DNA of 64,000 bases from Eledone cirrhosa (GCA_964016885.1 OZ024743.1:36518001-36582000); one strand, 5' to 3'. Counted from the stretch's first letter, positions 1 through 14,866 are shown. Numbers and translations are program-made. Notes: generated by a model not told the origin, from the sequence alone.

Positions 1-265
1 TGGTGGTGGTCGTCGTCGTCGTGGTGATGGTGGTGGTAGTGGTCGTGGTGGTGTTGGTGTTGGTGGTAGTGATGGTGGTGGTGGTAGTGGTCGTCGTTGT
101 GGTGGTGATGGTGATGGTGGTAGTGGTTGTGGTGGCGATGATCGTGACGGTATCACTGATAGTATACATCGTATGTAATAATATTAGTGGTGATATTTTT
201 TTACAACACCGGTAGTGGTTATGGTAGTGGTGGCGGCGCTGAGTAACTGTGTTGTTGTTGTTGTT
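1..265. repeat. Imperfect (GTG/GTC/GTA)n trinucleotide tract
   Basis: Direct reading; accounts for the poly-Val ORF 3..215. Confidence 0.95.
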
Positions 266-649
266 TAGCCCAGGGCGACCCTGATGGAGTAGAACTATAA
301 TAAAAATCCTTCTGGTTGTGAACATCCTGTTTTGCCTTTTCAGATATTTTGGGCTACATTATACAAAATAGTTTTTTTTTTTTTTTTTTGAAGACAGCAA
401 GGTGTGATCTGAAGTGGATTTGGCTGCTATTTCTTGCAAACTGAGGGACTGCGTAAAGATTCACGGATTGGTTCATTCCTGAAAGACTTGACGGCACTGA
501 TGGCAGTAATGTGGATAAAATGTGAGGGCATTTGTAATGGAATAGCGGGAAAGAAGGAAAGATATATAGAGGGGAACATGACGGAATGGTGAGGTGGAGT
601 GAATGAAACGATGGGAGAGAAGAAAGGAGTGGCTGAAAATACTGCAGAA

Positions 650-717
650 AGTAAAGAAAAGGAAAGGAAAGAAAGAAAGAAAGAAAGAAAGAAAAAAGAA
701 AAAGAGAGAGAGAGAAA

Positions 718-769
<52 letters not shown>

Positions 770-790
770 AAAAAGAAAAAGAGAGAGAAA

Positions 791-875
<85 letters not shown>

Positions 876-1000
876 AAAGTAAAATAAAATATAATATAGA
901 GGAAGACAGGAAAAAAATAGAGAGGGAAAAGGAAAAAGAAATAAATAAAGAAAGAAAGAGAGAAAAGAAAGAAGACAGAAAAAAGAATGAAAGAAAGAAA
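650..1000. repeat. (GAAA)n / purine-rich microsatellite
   Basis: Direct reading; accounts for the KERK/FFLS ORFs. Confidence 0.95.
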
Positions 1001-1244
1001 GGAGGCATGAGGCAAAAGTCGGTAAGATGAAAGAGAAAGTGTGATGTAAGAAAAAATATATAAAGAAATAAATTACTTAAATATAGGACACAAATAAAAT
1101 TAAACAGACCTACACACATAAATGGAGAGATAGACAGAGGTAGACACATGGATAGACAGATGGATATATATAAAGAGAGAGAGGGGGGTGAGAGAGGGAA
1201 GGGGGAGAGTGGTAGATAGATACATACATACTCAGACATATAAA

Positions 1245-1578
<334 letters not shown>

Positions 1579-2070
1579 CACATGGGCAACATTAGAAAGA
1601 AGACGAAAGCAAGAATTGAAATAAACATGTAATAAAGATATACACGAGATGGCAGGAAAGGAAGAACGAATGGAGGAAATGAATAAATGAAGCAAAGAAG
1701 GAAACAATGAAGTAGGAAAGGGACCTATAAATATAATTGAATTATTACAGTGTGTGGTGTTGTTGGTGGTGGTGGTGTTGTTGTTGGTGGTGGTCGTATG
1801 GTAATAGTTTTATGCAGAAACTGAATTATGTAATAAAGTGAATTATGGAAGAAGGAAGCCCTCTGTTTGAAGGTTAGACTATTTTTTTTCACCATGTCAC
1901 TAACTGGTTTGCCTGACTGTATGTATGTATGTATGTATGTATGTATGTATGTATGTATGTATGTATGTATGCATGTATGTATGTATGTATGTACGTATGT
2001 ATGTATGTATGTATGTATGTATGTATGTATGTATGTATGTATGTATGTATGTATGTATGTATGTATGTAT

Positions 2071-2671
2071 GGTCACCAGTTGGTGCTACTGGTAACATGT
2101 ATCCCAGTACAACCTGTCTCATGGTCGGGTCGTTGGCGACTAAACTGGCAAACCCACCAAGGTTTCTTGGTGAGGAGGGTGACTTTGGACATCCTGCAGG
2201 ACTAAAAACAAAACCTGTCAAAGGGCAAAGGAGCTCTTAAGAGTCAATGGCCATCCAAAATCACCGGGAGAGATGACCCCTTAGCCTTTGTCAAGGCAGA
2301 ATTCTAGAAGGAAAACTCTGATATAACACCTGCAACCCTGATGGTATCCAATGATGTTGACTTGTTCTTCTTTTTGGTAAATATCATCTTGGTTAAGAGA
2401 GTGGGACTGGCTTTGTGCAGTGCTTTTGTTCACTATAAAAGCTTCACGGCACGGGCATTGCTTTATATCTTGAGATATCTCTGCACTTGTCGTCACATGG
2501 TACCATGGGTCCAGCACTATGTGTCAATAATTGTCACAAGTATAGTGTTTGTACCAGAGTTTTCAAGTCGCTGGCTAGACTAAAAAGTTACACTTGTTCA
2601 GCGCATCGGTAGGGGTTCTCCTACATGGATATAAAGTAGTGGCCGTACTCGAAAACGAGTTGGCAGCCACC
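2071..2671 (+). mobile_element. Bipartite non-autonomous RTE-derived element, copy 1, inside (TATG)n
   Basis: Near-identical to 42316-42922 and to 59383-59912 (-). The 5' part has the RTE-type 5'UTR motif agaaggaaaactctgat. The 3' part encodes an RTE C-terminal zinc-finger remnant (VCTRVFKSLARLKSY..SAHR). (TATG)n lies on both sides (1918-2070, 2672-2805). Confidence 0.75.
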
Positions 2672-2879
2672 ATGTATGTATGTATGTATGTATGTATGTA
2701 TGTATGTATGTATGTATGTATGTATGTATGTACGTATCTATGTATGTATGTATGTATGTATGTATGTATGTATGTATGTATGTATGTATGTATGTATGTA
2801 TGTATGATTACACCATCCATCATCCATCTCTCTATTTACCAAGACACACACTTACAAACATACTCAGCTTGTATATCCT

Positions 2880-3730
<851 letters not shown>

Positions 3731-4269
3731 AAATACAATCACTGGTGTTTTAAATACATTGGTGGCACCGATAGTGTGCTTTCTATTTAGGTAATTCTTT
3801 AAAATTATCAGAAAAGGCACACAGTTACGTAAGACGAACACCGAATTGCATCCCAGCCTCGTCACCTTGCTGGCAATGCAGTTTAGCACATTAATGTAAC
3901 ACGGCATTTGTGATAACAGTTTGTGCAACAGATCAGATGACCGGTCTGTTGATGAGATGCATGTGATATAATAACAAAAGAAAAGACACGAAGTACATTA
4001 CCACATTAATACACGAAACTGCACTACCAACAAGTTGGCTGACGAGATAAAAATGCAACTGTCGTTCGCCTTATGTAATTGTGTGCTTTTTATAACACTC
4101 TAATTATATCCACGTATCGACTTTGATTAGTTTTAAAAATATTGCTAATTTTGTCGAAATATTAATTTTTCATACACGTTCCAACAGGTTTCAAACACAT
4201 GGTTTTACTCTCATTTATGCCCAAATATTTGATGAATACGGTATTTCCTGCTCTTGTATTAACTCCCCT

Positions 4270-4565
4270 TGTTGGTGTTCTGACAAAACAGGCAGCCTTG
4301 TTTCATTATCACCTTCTTGCATTTCTTCAATCCAAACAGAATCCTAATATTCTTGCAGCTGCTTGAAAATATCGAACTGACTCACAAGCTTGGGACCATT
4401 CGCAGAATATATTAAGTCATCCGTGAAGAGACAATAATGAATGTGCCGTGTCTTCCTTTTCCCTGTGTAGTCCCCCAAATTGACATATTTTATTAGTCAA
4501 CTTAAAGTTAATTGTTATTGGATGTTATGAAGACTAGGGGGATTGTCTTATTGAAATATCCCTGT
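4270..4565 (-). pseudogene. Highly decayed R4/Dong-like RT remnant
   Basis: Minus strand reads GIFQ*DNP and HYCLFTDDL, matching GIFQGDSL and HLFYMDDL of the 20076..22712 ORF. Confidence 0.5.
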
Positions 4566-5540
4566 CAATCTCCCTGTGAGGATCGAGGTTATAGTCATAG
4601 TTTAGTTAGCGATCGCAAGAACCGCATGTCACGTCATCATTGTTATTTTAATGAAGTTCACGTTTCATCAAATTGACGTATTTCCAGCATTTCAATAAGC
4701 CAGTCATGTGGAACGGAATCAAAGGATATTTTGTAATCAAATATTCGTATTTTCGTATGTTCCAGTACTATCTTGTTAACAAGGACTTGGGTATACATAT
4801 GTTTTATCCTACAATGGGAGATTGTGCTGCACCACCAAATGCACCTCTTTGTTCCTGGTGTTAGAGCATCATTCTCTTCTGGGGTGTGTAGAACTGTCTG
4901 TATGTTACATCAATGTTTTTTTCTTACGGATTATGTTTTATTGTCTCTGGTGTTCCTTTGGTATTTATTCTGTTAATGCTAATTGTGTTATTCTGTTGGG
5001 TGTGGACTCTGTTTCGTATGTGTTCTTTATGCTTTGTTATGATGTTTGGTGTTTAGCGGTGATTGTATAGATTATGCGATGTTTGGGGCGTGGTATGATT
5101 GGTTAGAAGGTATGTAACATATGTATGCATCGTTGATGGTGTGTGGGCTGTGTTATAGTATCTGTTGTCGCTTATATAAAATATTAGCAAGTGATTGTAT
5201 ACAATATGTGTTGTATGGGTCGTGTTACATTATTTTATGGTGATTCTGTGACGTTTCTTGTGTGAGAGCTCTGTGTCTTGTACTATTGAACTGAAAGTGT
5301 GTTTGTGTAAAATATGTGTTGTATGAAACAGAACTATTTTAGTAAGCTTTTGCGCTTTTATTCATGTTCTCCCTCATCATACTTAGTACTCCAATTATTA
5401 TCGGTACTATTTTTTCATTTCCATACCCCAAACCTGTTAATTTCTTTGTCAAGATATTTGTACTTTAATCGTTTCTGGACTTCCTTACGGGTGGTTTTAA
5501 GGTCAGAATTGACCTAAATATCTACCTGTGACAATAATGG

Positions 5541-5755
5541 TTTCTGACCACACGGTCAGAAATTTTGGAGGAAGAGAAAATCAATTAAATCGACCCTAGT
5601 GCGTGACCCCTTATTTCACCCTTTATTCCACCAACCCCTTAAAGATGAAAGGCAAAGCTAACCTCGGTGAGATTTGAACTCAGAACGGAAAAGGCCGTAA
5701 CTCCTTGCTGCAAAGCAGAGAGTCCGGTGCTCTACCGATACTGCTAATCCACCTT
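5541..5755 (-). mobile_element. tRNA-derived SINE, major family (octopus OK-like)
   Basis: Shares ctgagttcaaat (B-box-like), gaggtt..ctttgcctttcatc and the gtcgattt body with the other copies. Confidence 0.8.
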
Positions 5756-5949
5756 GACAATAATATCTGACAGTTCATCTTAGTAGCCTTATCATACTGA
5801 TTAGCTATATTCCCTTGTATTGTAGCCACATCCATTCCATATATACTATGTTTAATACATGTTTATACCACTGACTATCAGTTTTCACACCGCACTGTCC
5901 ACATGTTACCCAATTGTTATAGCTGCCTACTCGTGATTGTGTATTTTGA

Positions 5950-6330
5950 CTTTTTAAGGGCAAATCAGTGGTCAATTGTCTCATTGTGTGTATATCATAG
6001 CTTCCACTTGATATTCATTATTTTGCTTGTATATTTGGTTGAGGCTATGAATTAATCCCATGCTGTTAAAGTCTGCTTTTAATCTAGAGAATTTGATTTG
6101 TTGTTAGTTTTCATTCTGACTTACTTTCATTTTGTTGAGTCTTGTCGCGTATTGACCATGGAGTGGTTTTTCTGTTCATCTTTAAAAGTATATGTTAGAG
6201 TTTCATTTTTATTTTATCTTTTGTTTTTAACCTTTTCAGTTGCTAATTTTCGGATTCACCCATAACAGTTGTTATCAACCATGCATCTTTTTCCGATAAC
6301 TTTCTGTTCTTTTGGTAACAAGCAATTGCT
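5950..6330 (-). pseudogene. Possible very old Penelope-like RT remnant
   Basis: Minus strand gives a degenerate xLIxxx..SEI / LxxW.NS motif order. Many stops and frameshifts. Confidence 0.25.
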
Positions 6331-7380
6331 TTCCAGATGAGCACCCAGCCTATTATAGAGTATATATATAATGGCTTTTGTATGTTCTTGGCAGAAGTCT
6401 TTAATGTTTCTGATGTTATTGTTTTTGAGAATCAATATTGCTTTTCTCTCCAGTAACTATTCAGGTGTTAATTCTGATCTGTTTACTAATTCATAGATTG
6501 TTGTTGAAACAAATTCATGAATACTGGTTAGATATTTTCAGGCAGAAATTTGTGACTTTGAGAATCCCAAGAGCTTTCTAGCTGCTTGAAGTCTTTATTG
6601 TGTTGCTGAATTCCATACTAGTCACATTTGCAGTGTATTGTATTTCCTTTTTTAATTCTTTTTACACATAACATATTACATATTACACATAACATTTAAT
6701 ATATTTTTAGTGTATTAGATATTTTGTACCATATTTGTCCTCAGATGTTTGGAACTTAATATTGGTGTATTATTTTATTAATGTCCCTGTAAAATTGGTG
6801 GAATTTCAAAAACTGTTCACATTTTTTGAGCCGTCGTATCCGGCATGATTTTTCTGATATGATTTACTTTAAATCATTTCCTGCTCCAGGGTGTCGTTTC
6901 TATGGATATTATATTCATGTTGTTGTTTTTTTAATTTTCTTCGATACTACAACCATTACTGAAGAGATGAAAAACAATCAGTGTGTTTATATCCGACGTC
7001 TTTGTTTCCATGGATATAATTTATTATAGGACCATGTTATATCTATCTATTCTATTCTTTCTTTGGGGCTGCTTGTTCATGTGTAGCTTTGACAGGATTT
7101 TTCATTGATCCATATTCATTGATTATGATATGATCTTTTGTATTTTCTTTATTGATTTTGTTAGGTTCTGGTTGATCTGTAATATGTGATTTTATTCTCT
7201 TAATCTTCAAGTGTGTGATCGAGGATATATTTTTGTTGTGACTGAATATTTGATTGGATGCTTTGCTGATGTTTCTGCGATCCTCATCATTATTTTGGGT
7301 ATAAGCTCTTTTTTAGTCTATTTTTTGTTATACTCTAATGCCTTTTTCTTCGTGTATGATGCTTTCATTGTTTTTTCGCA

Positions 7381-7490
7381 GTGAAGGCTTGTGGCCTAGT
7401 GGTTAGAGCGTTGGACTCGCAGTTAGAAGGTTTGATTCCCGGACCGAGTGTTGTACTCCTCAACAACAACAAAAAAATGTTCATGTTGCT
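7381..7490 (+). mobile_element. 5' tRNA-like head of a second SINE family
   Basis: gtggcctagtggttagagcgttggactc...ggtttgattccc (A/B-box-like); same head as 48998-49250. Confidence 0.6.
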
Positions 7491-8145
7491 CTTTCTGCAG
7501 GCAATGGAATATCCAATGGAAACATTGTTTCCAGTGCCGGATTTAGGACAAATGAGGCCCTGTGTTAGTTATGGGACCCTTTACGTGGGCCCTGAATGAG
7601 ATAAAAAAAATGTTGCCAACGGGGCTGATTGTTTCCTTTGTCCAATCTGATGATTGACTTTGTCTTTCTGTTTTTATAGTTTCATCATTGTTGCTGTGCT
7701 AGTTTCCTTCTTTTATGGAGCTTTATCTGTTTTGATGTGATACCTTCATTGGTTTGTAGATATTTGTTTTGTTTAGGGTCGATTGTTTGAGTTCATTGTT
7801 AATGTGTAGATTATGTGTGAGTTCTTCTATTTCTCTTTCGGCTATCTTTGTATTGTTTATAATGCATTTTCTCACTTCCGCATATATTTGAATTTTCATT
7901 TTCTTAATTCCTTATATATTTTCTTCCCTACAATTTATACATCCCATTTATGTTTTTCTGTCATATGTCCCTGTCAAGTTAGTCAGTGTCTCTTTGTGTT
8001 GAAGAATTTTTCTTATGTATATCGGCTTAACAATGACGAATTTGGAACAATGTGATTAGTTTTCAATTTTCCCTATTTTCACTTAACTTTAACTTTCAAT
8101 GTGCTATATTAAAAATATAGTTTATAGCTAAGTTAGTTCGTATTC

Positions 8146-8178
<33 letters not shown>

Positions 8179-8880
8179 CTTGCCGAATTACCCGCGCCTT
8201 GTTGCGTTTCACACATTTTTTTGTAAGAAAATGTTGATTGATTTTAAATCAGTGATATAATTTATGGAGAAAAACTCTGCATTTCAATATTACTCAATGT
8301 AAAATGTAATGCATGAAAAATTGGAAAACATTCTTTTTTGTAATATGTCAAATCAAAATTACTTTATTAAAACTTATTCTTATTTTGTTTCTTGTAAATA
8401 ATTTTTTTCAAAATATCAATTCAAATCTTTTGTGGATAGGCATCATAACTTGTCATTTACCTATGGTTTAAATTTCATATAAATCGAAGGGGAAACATTT
8501 TCAGGGGAGGTTTGTGCCTCCGGCGAACCCTAATAAGGGGTTTAACCCCCATTAGGGTCTCTTAATATTATTGAAATTTGCTGAAATGTTGTGAATAGGC
8601 ATCATATCTTGTCATTTGCCTATGGTTTAAATTTCATATAAATAGAAGGGAAACATTTTTCAGCGGGGGTTTGTGCCCCGGTGAACCCTTTGATTAAAAT
8701 GCGATATACGTAAGAAATCAAATGGGCATGAGTCCCACACACGTCTCAAGTTTCATCAAGATCGGTTTGGTACATTTTGAGTTTTAGGTTCCAAACAAAT
8801 CCACAAACAAACAAACACATAAACAAATCCGCAAACATCACACACACAAACAGACAGAAATTGCCATTTATGTATATAGA
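8179..8880 (-). mobile_element. Non-autonomous Helitron
   Basis: Minus strand begins TC(tatatacataaatggcaatttctgtctg) and ends with GC-rich cgcaacaaggcgcgggtaattcggCAAG, a CTAG variant. The body is near-identical to 29544-30515. Confidence 0.7.
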
Positions 8881-9403
8881 TATATATATATATAAGCGTA
8901 CCCCCCCCCCCATATATATATATGGGGGTTTATACTCATATACGTATCTATGCTTATGTTTAAATATATATATATATGTTTCTTCTGACTTTGTTCTAAC
9001 TCGCATACAGTTGAGTAAAATTAGCTTGTAACTAACTGTTTCTTCTAGCAATGAACTTACTGGCCACCAGTCTACCCTTCACAACACTTCAATATTGACC
9101 GTTAGCCACGTGATAATTTTCATTCCTTTTGAATTTATTACTGGCGGCGATCACTATGGAAAAAAAGTGGTTCTAACTCAAGGAGTCCCTTGATAAGCTT
9201 GACACCTCATGGATAATACACATTTCCACATAGCACAAGCAAAACTGCCGGCAGTCGAGGCTAGAGGAATATCGGTAAACATTTATCTATTATTTCCTCA
9301 AACTTAGCTGCGTTTAATTTGATTATTTATTTAGTTAATTCCTCCGGACTAAGAAGAAAAATTAGGTACAGTTTATCTGTATGTTCTTCAAACTTATAAT
9401 TAT

Positions 9404-9446
<43 letters not shown>

Positions 9447-9692
9447 ATATATGTGTATGGGTGATACTGCATTGTATGTCTACGCCATTTTTATTCAGTC
9501 TATCTATATATTTATTTATTTATTTGCTTGTTTGTTTATTTTATTTTGTCTTCTTTGCGCATGCGTTTGCATGTGTGTATAGTGTTTTGTTTGATGTGTG
9601 ATGGGTGACTAGTGTGTGTTTATGTGTTTGTTGTTATTGTGCTTGTGTATGTATTTATTTATTTATTTATTTATTTTATTTTATTTACTTAT

Positions 9693-11795
9693 TTATACTT
9701 CTCTTAGGTCAGTGTTGTTTGTTTGGGTGTTGTTGTTATTCCATTCATTCTTTCTGTTTAGTCTTGGTCTTCTAAGTTCTATTTCACTGGCCTCTCTGAT
9801 TTGCCTATCTGCTAGGTCATTTCTATGTTTAGATATTATTCTAATTTCTATGTTGTCTATGTTACCGTCATGTTGTTGTCTAGCATGTTCGTATAGTACT
9901 GACCCGTTTTTTCGTCCTTTTAGTTCCCCCCAGTGTTGGTCTATCCTTTCACCTATGCTACGAGCTGTCTCACCTATGTATGTTGTTGTCATGTTTCTGC
10001 AAGTACCCTCTGTACATTTTATGCTATAGACTACGTTTCTAGTTTTACAGTTTATCCGGGGGGTTTACCTTACATATGATACATTTCCTATTAGTACAGT
10101 GGGTTTTCTTAAAAGGATTTTATGGTGGTTCCTGGCTTTTCTACCACCTTAATTTTTAAGTGGGTCTTTCTCAGGGCCTTTTTACACTGGTTAGCTAATT
10201 TCCCTCCAGGGGTAGCGTCCACAAACATGACACTCTGGTATCTCTGGTTGTCGTACCATCAGGTGGCTTTCCCTATCTTATGTCTAGCCCTATATAAGCT
10301 ATTTCATGATTTGCTCCTGTATAATGGGCAAATTCCTTTCATGTCCAGTTCTATGAGGGTCTTATACTTCTCCATGGCTCCTTCGTATACTCTGACTCTG
10401 TCTCTTTGGTTGTAGCCAGAGAACTGCATGCGGTTGATGAAGTGTTGGATGTGTCTTTCCATTTCTGTTGGGTCGCACATGCGGGACACATTCTTCATCA
10501 CTCGTACCAAATCTGCGATCAGAATATTAAACTTAGCACTACTGGACATTGCTGAGTTTTTGAGTATCAGGTATTTGGAGGCCATGGGTTTAGCATAGTG
10601 TGAGTGGAGAATTTGAGTTCTCTCGTCTGTAGTGTTAATCCATAGTTCTGTGTCTAATACAGGTAGTCTATTGTTAGGGTGTTGTTTGGAAGGGAAGTCG
10701 ATAGTTACAGTTATACTCTGGTGTATGGAATTAGCTATCTGCTGGATGCTTTCCATTGTGCTACGTTCTAAATCAAACTTGTTAGTGCTCTCTAGTGGGG
10801 ATGTTCTTATAACTATATTGATATCGTCTACATAACGAGAGTACATGATGAGGTCTATGGAGCTCTCATTAAGGAGATCTTTAAGTCTTCTTTCCCACCA
10901 TACCATGAAAAGGTTGGCAACATCACCAGCTATGTTGACGCCAATGGCTGCTCCCTCATTTTGGGTTATGATTTTTTCGTTGAACTTAAATATGTGGCCC
11001 ATTAGGGTAGTTTTGATACTAGCCCCTATTGCATGTGCGACCATTTTTCTTACCTGATCATTGTTTTGGGGGTCCGTATAGCTTTGGTCCACCCAATCCA
11101 CCTTCCCATGGGAGTCTTTTTTGCCATTGAGGTTATGGTGGGGGGTTCTACCTCTTATGGGTCTACTAGGGCAGAAACGTCTAAGGTCATGGCTGTCTAG
11201 GTAGTCAGTGTCGTAGGTAAGTCTAAGTAGGAGGCCCAGTTCGTCTGTGTCGACGTCGCAGAACTCCACCTCACTCTCAATGATCATCTCCACACATTTT
11301 TTCACAGCAAAATCAATGTTAATGGATGGGTACAGTGACACCACATCCATGCTGCCTATTATGCAGTTGGATAGGTTCCTATTTTTGTTGCACTCACTGA
11401 TTCTGCTGAGGAGGTCCTCTGTACTGTCACATACATCTGGGGACATCTTGATTATGGGGCGTATAACCATTGAGAGGAAGTAGGAGATCCTGTAGTTACT
11501 AGCTATATTAGCTCCGCATACGGGTCTTGTTGGTGGTCCTGTTGTCGGGTCGTCGACTGTCTTGTGGTCTTTGTGGAGCCCATACAAGGGTGGTATGCCA
11601 TTGTTAGACGCCTGGAAGTTGTTGGCAGTGCGTCTGCTTGGCTTTAGGATGTCAGTCCACATCATCATGTGAGCGTTGAGGATTTTCTCTCTCCCATCGT
11701 GTGTTTGTTGTGCAGTTTCGCTCGTGTTGGTGATGTGGGGTTGCATAGCCTTGATGTAGTTCGGCATGCTATCTATTGACATCCTACCAGACTGT
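9693..11795 (-). pseudogene. Penelope-like element: RT + Cys-rich linker + C-terminal GIY-YIG endonuclease; 5'-truncated and disrupted
   Basis: ORF 10304..11845 has GSMDVVSLYPSI, GAAIG, YSRYVDD, LPVLD and HYAKPM. The frame continues past two TGAs to VMFVDATPGG...IKVVEKPG. After a frameshift: NPFKKTHCTNRKCIIC, then RNVVYSIKC...YIGETARS...R..QH...RQIREA...LNRKNEW. Confidence 0.9.
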
Positions 11796-11899
11796 ACCCA
11801 TCCATTAACATTGATTTTGCTGTGAAAAAATATTTGTTTCGACACACGATTTCATATAAAAAACCTCGCAAAACTAATATATATATATATATATATTAC

Positions 11900-11996
11900 T
11901 CGATTTTATTGTAAACCCCCTCTGTCCCTGTCATTTGTATTGTCCCCCATATGTTGGCCCTTGTGGCCCATAAAGAAAGTATTATTATTATTATTA
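11900..11996 (+). mobile_element. 3' terminal fragment of a Tx1-like LINE with (ATT)n tail
   Basis: tttgtattgtccc...cccttgtggcccataaagaaa resembles the 3' ends at 23280-23350 and at 53195-53250 (-). Confidence 0.6.
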
Positions 11997-12210
11997 AGGG
12001 TGTGAATTGGCAGTATCGGTAGAGTATCAAATAACATACTTTCTAGTATAGAGTTACATCCCCGTACCTTCTGAGTTCAAATCACGTCGATGTTAGCTTT
12101 GCCTTTCATCCTTATGGAGTCAATAAAATAAAGTACCATTTAATCGACTCCAGCAACCCCCTCTCATGAAATTGCTGGCCCTCTGCCTAAATCAGAAACC
12201 ATTATTATTA
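11997..12210 (+). mobile_element. tRNA-derived SINE, major family
   Basis: gaattggcagtatcggtagag...ctgagttcaaatc...ctttgcctttcatcc...aaattgctggcc, ATT tail. Confidence 0.85.
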
Positions 12211-12234
12211 TCATCTTCTTGTATGTTTTAATGA

Positions 12235-12595
12235 AGATAGCTGATAACGGCGAGATTGGCGAAGCTGGATAGAGTTCTCTGACTATGCTTTTCTTAGCAG
12301 GAAGAAAGAAACCGCGAGAGTGCACTTTCTATTCCCGCAAGATGACACTGATCCGAAGATTTGCGTGGAGGGGCTCCCTGGAATTACTCTATAGTGCAAT
12401 ACCTTCCTATTAGGAAACTGTCCCCTATCGTTATTGTTTTGTATTGTTATCGTGACTATTTATTACAACTATTGTTATTATTCTATCTACCAGTTTCCCA
12501 GTATTCCATGTAAACCCCAGCCTGTGTTGTTTTTCATCTTGTATTGTCCCCAGAATCTCGGGCTCATGTGGTCAATAAAAGAAATAATTATTATT
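12235..12595 (+). mobile_element. 3' fragment of a Tx1-like LINE
   Basis: ITARLAKLD resembles the ORF2 end (VARMARVN); 3' terminus cttgtattgtccc...gtggtcaataaaagaaat. Confidence 0.45.
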
Positions 12596-12597
12596 TT

Positions 12598-12775
12598 GGT
12601 CGGTGAATTGGCTGAATTTCTAAGGCGTCGAACAAAATGCTTTGCGCTTTTTCCTTACTGCTCTTTCCGTTCTGTGTTCAAATCCCACCAAGGTCAACTT
12701 TGCTTGTCTTCCTTCGAGGGTTGATGAAATTGCTGGCCGCGTTCTGGGCGTGTGCCTAAATTAGAAATAATTATT
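12598..12775 (+). mobile_element. tRNA-derived SINE, major family (diverged)
   Basis: ggtgaattggctgaat...gttcaaatcccaccaaggtcaactttgc...gtgcctaaattagaaat. Confidence 0.75.
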
Positions 12776-13099
12776 ATTGATATCATCATCCTCAACAACC
12801 CGATTCTGAAAGTTCGGTAAATCATGAGATGAAATATTTTATTTAATATTTAGTCATTTCGTACGATGAGTGTTCCAGTTTTTCAATCAAAACAGCAATT
12901 TACTCATGAAGCAGATGTGTAAATGACTGAGCATTCTATAGACACTTGCCCAAGACACATATCCAAGGTACCACATATTAGGATCCAATCCGGGAGGTTG
13001 TGATTGCAAAGCGAACGTCTGGACATTTCAGCATTTTTCATTTGGTTATAACAATGTGTTGTTCTGAAAGTGGGTTAAAAATAACCCACTTTCTGAACA

Positions 13100-13650
13100 A
13101 CACACTGTTACATTTACACATGCATAACCAAACGGGATGTTGTATTGGCGCTCAATATCAATCATATGACGCTGCTCATGGTTAATTAAACCCAGATTTG
13201 AAAGGTACATATGATCACAGACTTTGCATAGTAGGGACTGCTTTGAACTTTTTTTTTATGAAAGAGGTGCTACAGCCACCATATGTCGTGCAGTACGTTT
13301 CACTTGAGCATATACTAAGCGCTTCGTCTCAAACTCTTCAACACCATTGTCAAGCAGATTAATCCAACGAAGTTTGTTTGGTACTTGCCTTTCCCAGGTG
13401 TTCATATCAATATTAGTTTTTTTAGTGCATCTTTCAGGTAATCTTTTCTTTGGCTCATATTGCAGCATACTTTTCCATATTTAGTTTACCATACAATACT
13501 TCATTTAACAATCGACTGTTCTCCAGATGTACTGTGACCAAACTATTTAAGACATTTCGTTCAATATCATGGACTCCATATTTGTCAAAGCAACTCTCTG
13601 CATGACTCCTGTGTCCCATACAAAAGACTTCCATGAGATTCTAATAATTG
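13100..13650 (-). pseudogene. Decayed RTE LINE 3' fragment
   Basis: ORF 13256..13468 has IDMNTWE...RW..L...GVEEFE.KR. Downstream on the minus strand are a CDHMY...F.SG..LINH zinc-finger remnant and a 3'UTR. Confidence 0.65.
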
Positions 13651-13828
13651 TTTCTACTTTTGAAACAAAGCCAGCAATTATCTCAGTGTATTACTGGTAC
13701 TTTATTTTATCCACCCCGTAAGGATGAAAGGCAAAGTTAACCTCGGCGGGATTTGAACTCGGAATGGCAAGGGCCGTAACTCTATGCGTCAAAGCCTGTT
13801 GTCCAACAATCTACCGCAATCACTGCTG
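13650..13828 (-). mobile_element. tRNA-derived SINE, major family (short-body variant)
   Basis: actggtactttattttatc..ccccgtaaggatgaaaggcaaagttaacctcggcgggatttgaactc. Confidence 0.85.
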
Positions 13829-13926
13829 GTCGAAGCCTTCTGGAGGTTGAAGATGTTTGCTTTATGTTATGTAAATATCACACCCATAAACAATACAGTG
13901 AGTACACATGTAAATATTTGTGTGTG

Positions 13927-14019
<93 letters not shown>

Positions 14020-14443
14020 ATTGTAATTTACTATGACTAAAGCTACTTTCGTAACTTTTTATATAAATCAGTAGCTTTTGAAATCCTATATCTGATTTAT
14101 TCATCCAGGGTATTTGATCGGGAAAGGGTTTTATCGAGGTATACAAAGTTATCTACTGCTTTTAACTGTATACTCTTAACATAGATGGTAGGTGGATGAT
14201 GGGAATTTTCTGTGACTGGTTTATACGTCTCACTTGTTTATTTAACAGTAATTGTTTATTAAGACTTGTCACATACTGCAGAAAAGCAAACAATCAGCAT
14301 TTGCAAGTCAGCCTCATTTGCATTTATCAATCGAATCAAACTGGTAATGTTATTTGATAGTACAAGAAATTGAGATTGTTAAGCACGTTTCCTGACCATA
14401 ATTAGTATGCCCACTTCCTTTACCACTTACTACTATTGTCTTA

Positions 14444-14514
<71 letters not shown>

Positions 14515-14522
14515 ATTTATAT

Positions 14523-14598
<76 letters not shown>

Positions 14599-14627
14599 TA
14601 CTTCTGCGTCCACAGGTTGATTTTTTC

Positions 14628-14679
14628 AGTTTCAGAAGATCCCATAAAAGGGTGAAAGCAGCGATTCTTTGCTTAGACT
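14628..14679 (+). ncRNA. Hammerhead-like ribozyme motif, family C (variant core CAGAAGA)
   Basis: agttt-CAGAAGA-t ccc ataaaa ggg t-GAAA-gca gcgattctt tgc-TT-agact: stems I, II and III all pair. Confidence 0.55.
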
Positions 14680-14691
14680 TTGATCTATTCT

Positions 14692-14742
<51 letters not shown>

Positions 14743-14866
14743 GTGTTGCTTTCTCAAAGCACCAGTAAATCAACACCAAATATCAGCCCTGGGCATATCA
14801 ATGATTCAAAGCAACAGGAGTAGTTTTTATTTTTTCTTGTCTTTCTATTTTTCTGTTCAACTTATA

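Noticed and set aside
2120-2200. Twister or HDV ribozyme in the RTE-derived 5' end
   Set aside because: GAGGG and hairpins are present, but the required pseudoknots could not be assigned by eye. Left only as a testable possibility.
10255-10310. Two in-frame TGA codons in the PLE as possible selenocysteine or readthrough
   Set aside because: The first falls where PLEs usually have Trp (PLYR...W), and nearby frameshifts show decay. Point mutation is simpler.
11796-11880. N-terminus of ORF 10304..11845 as the real PLE start
   Set aside because: It runs into an unrelated repeat end (tttgtttcgacacacgatttcata, also at 39386 and inverted at 63910). The PLE is 5'-truncated.
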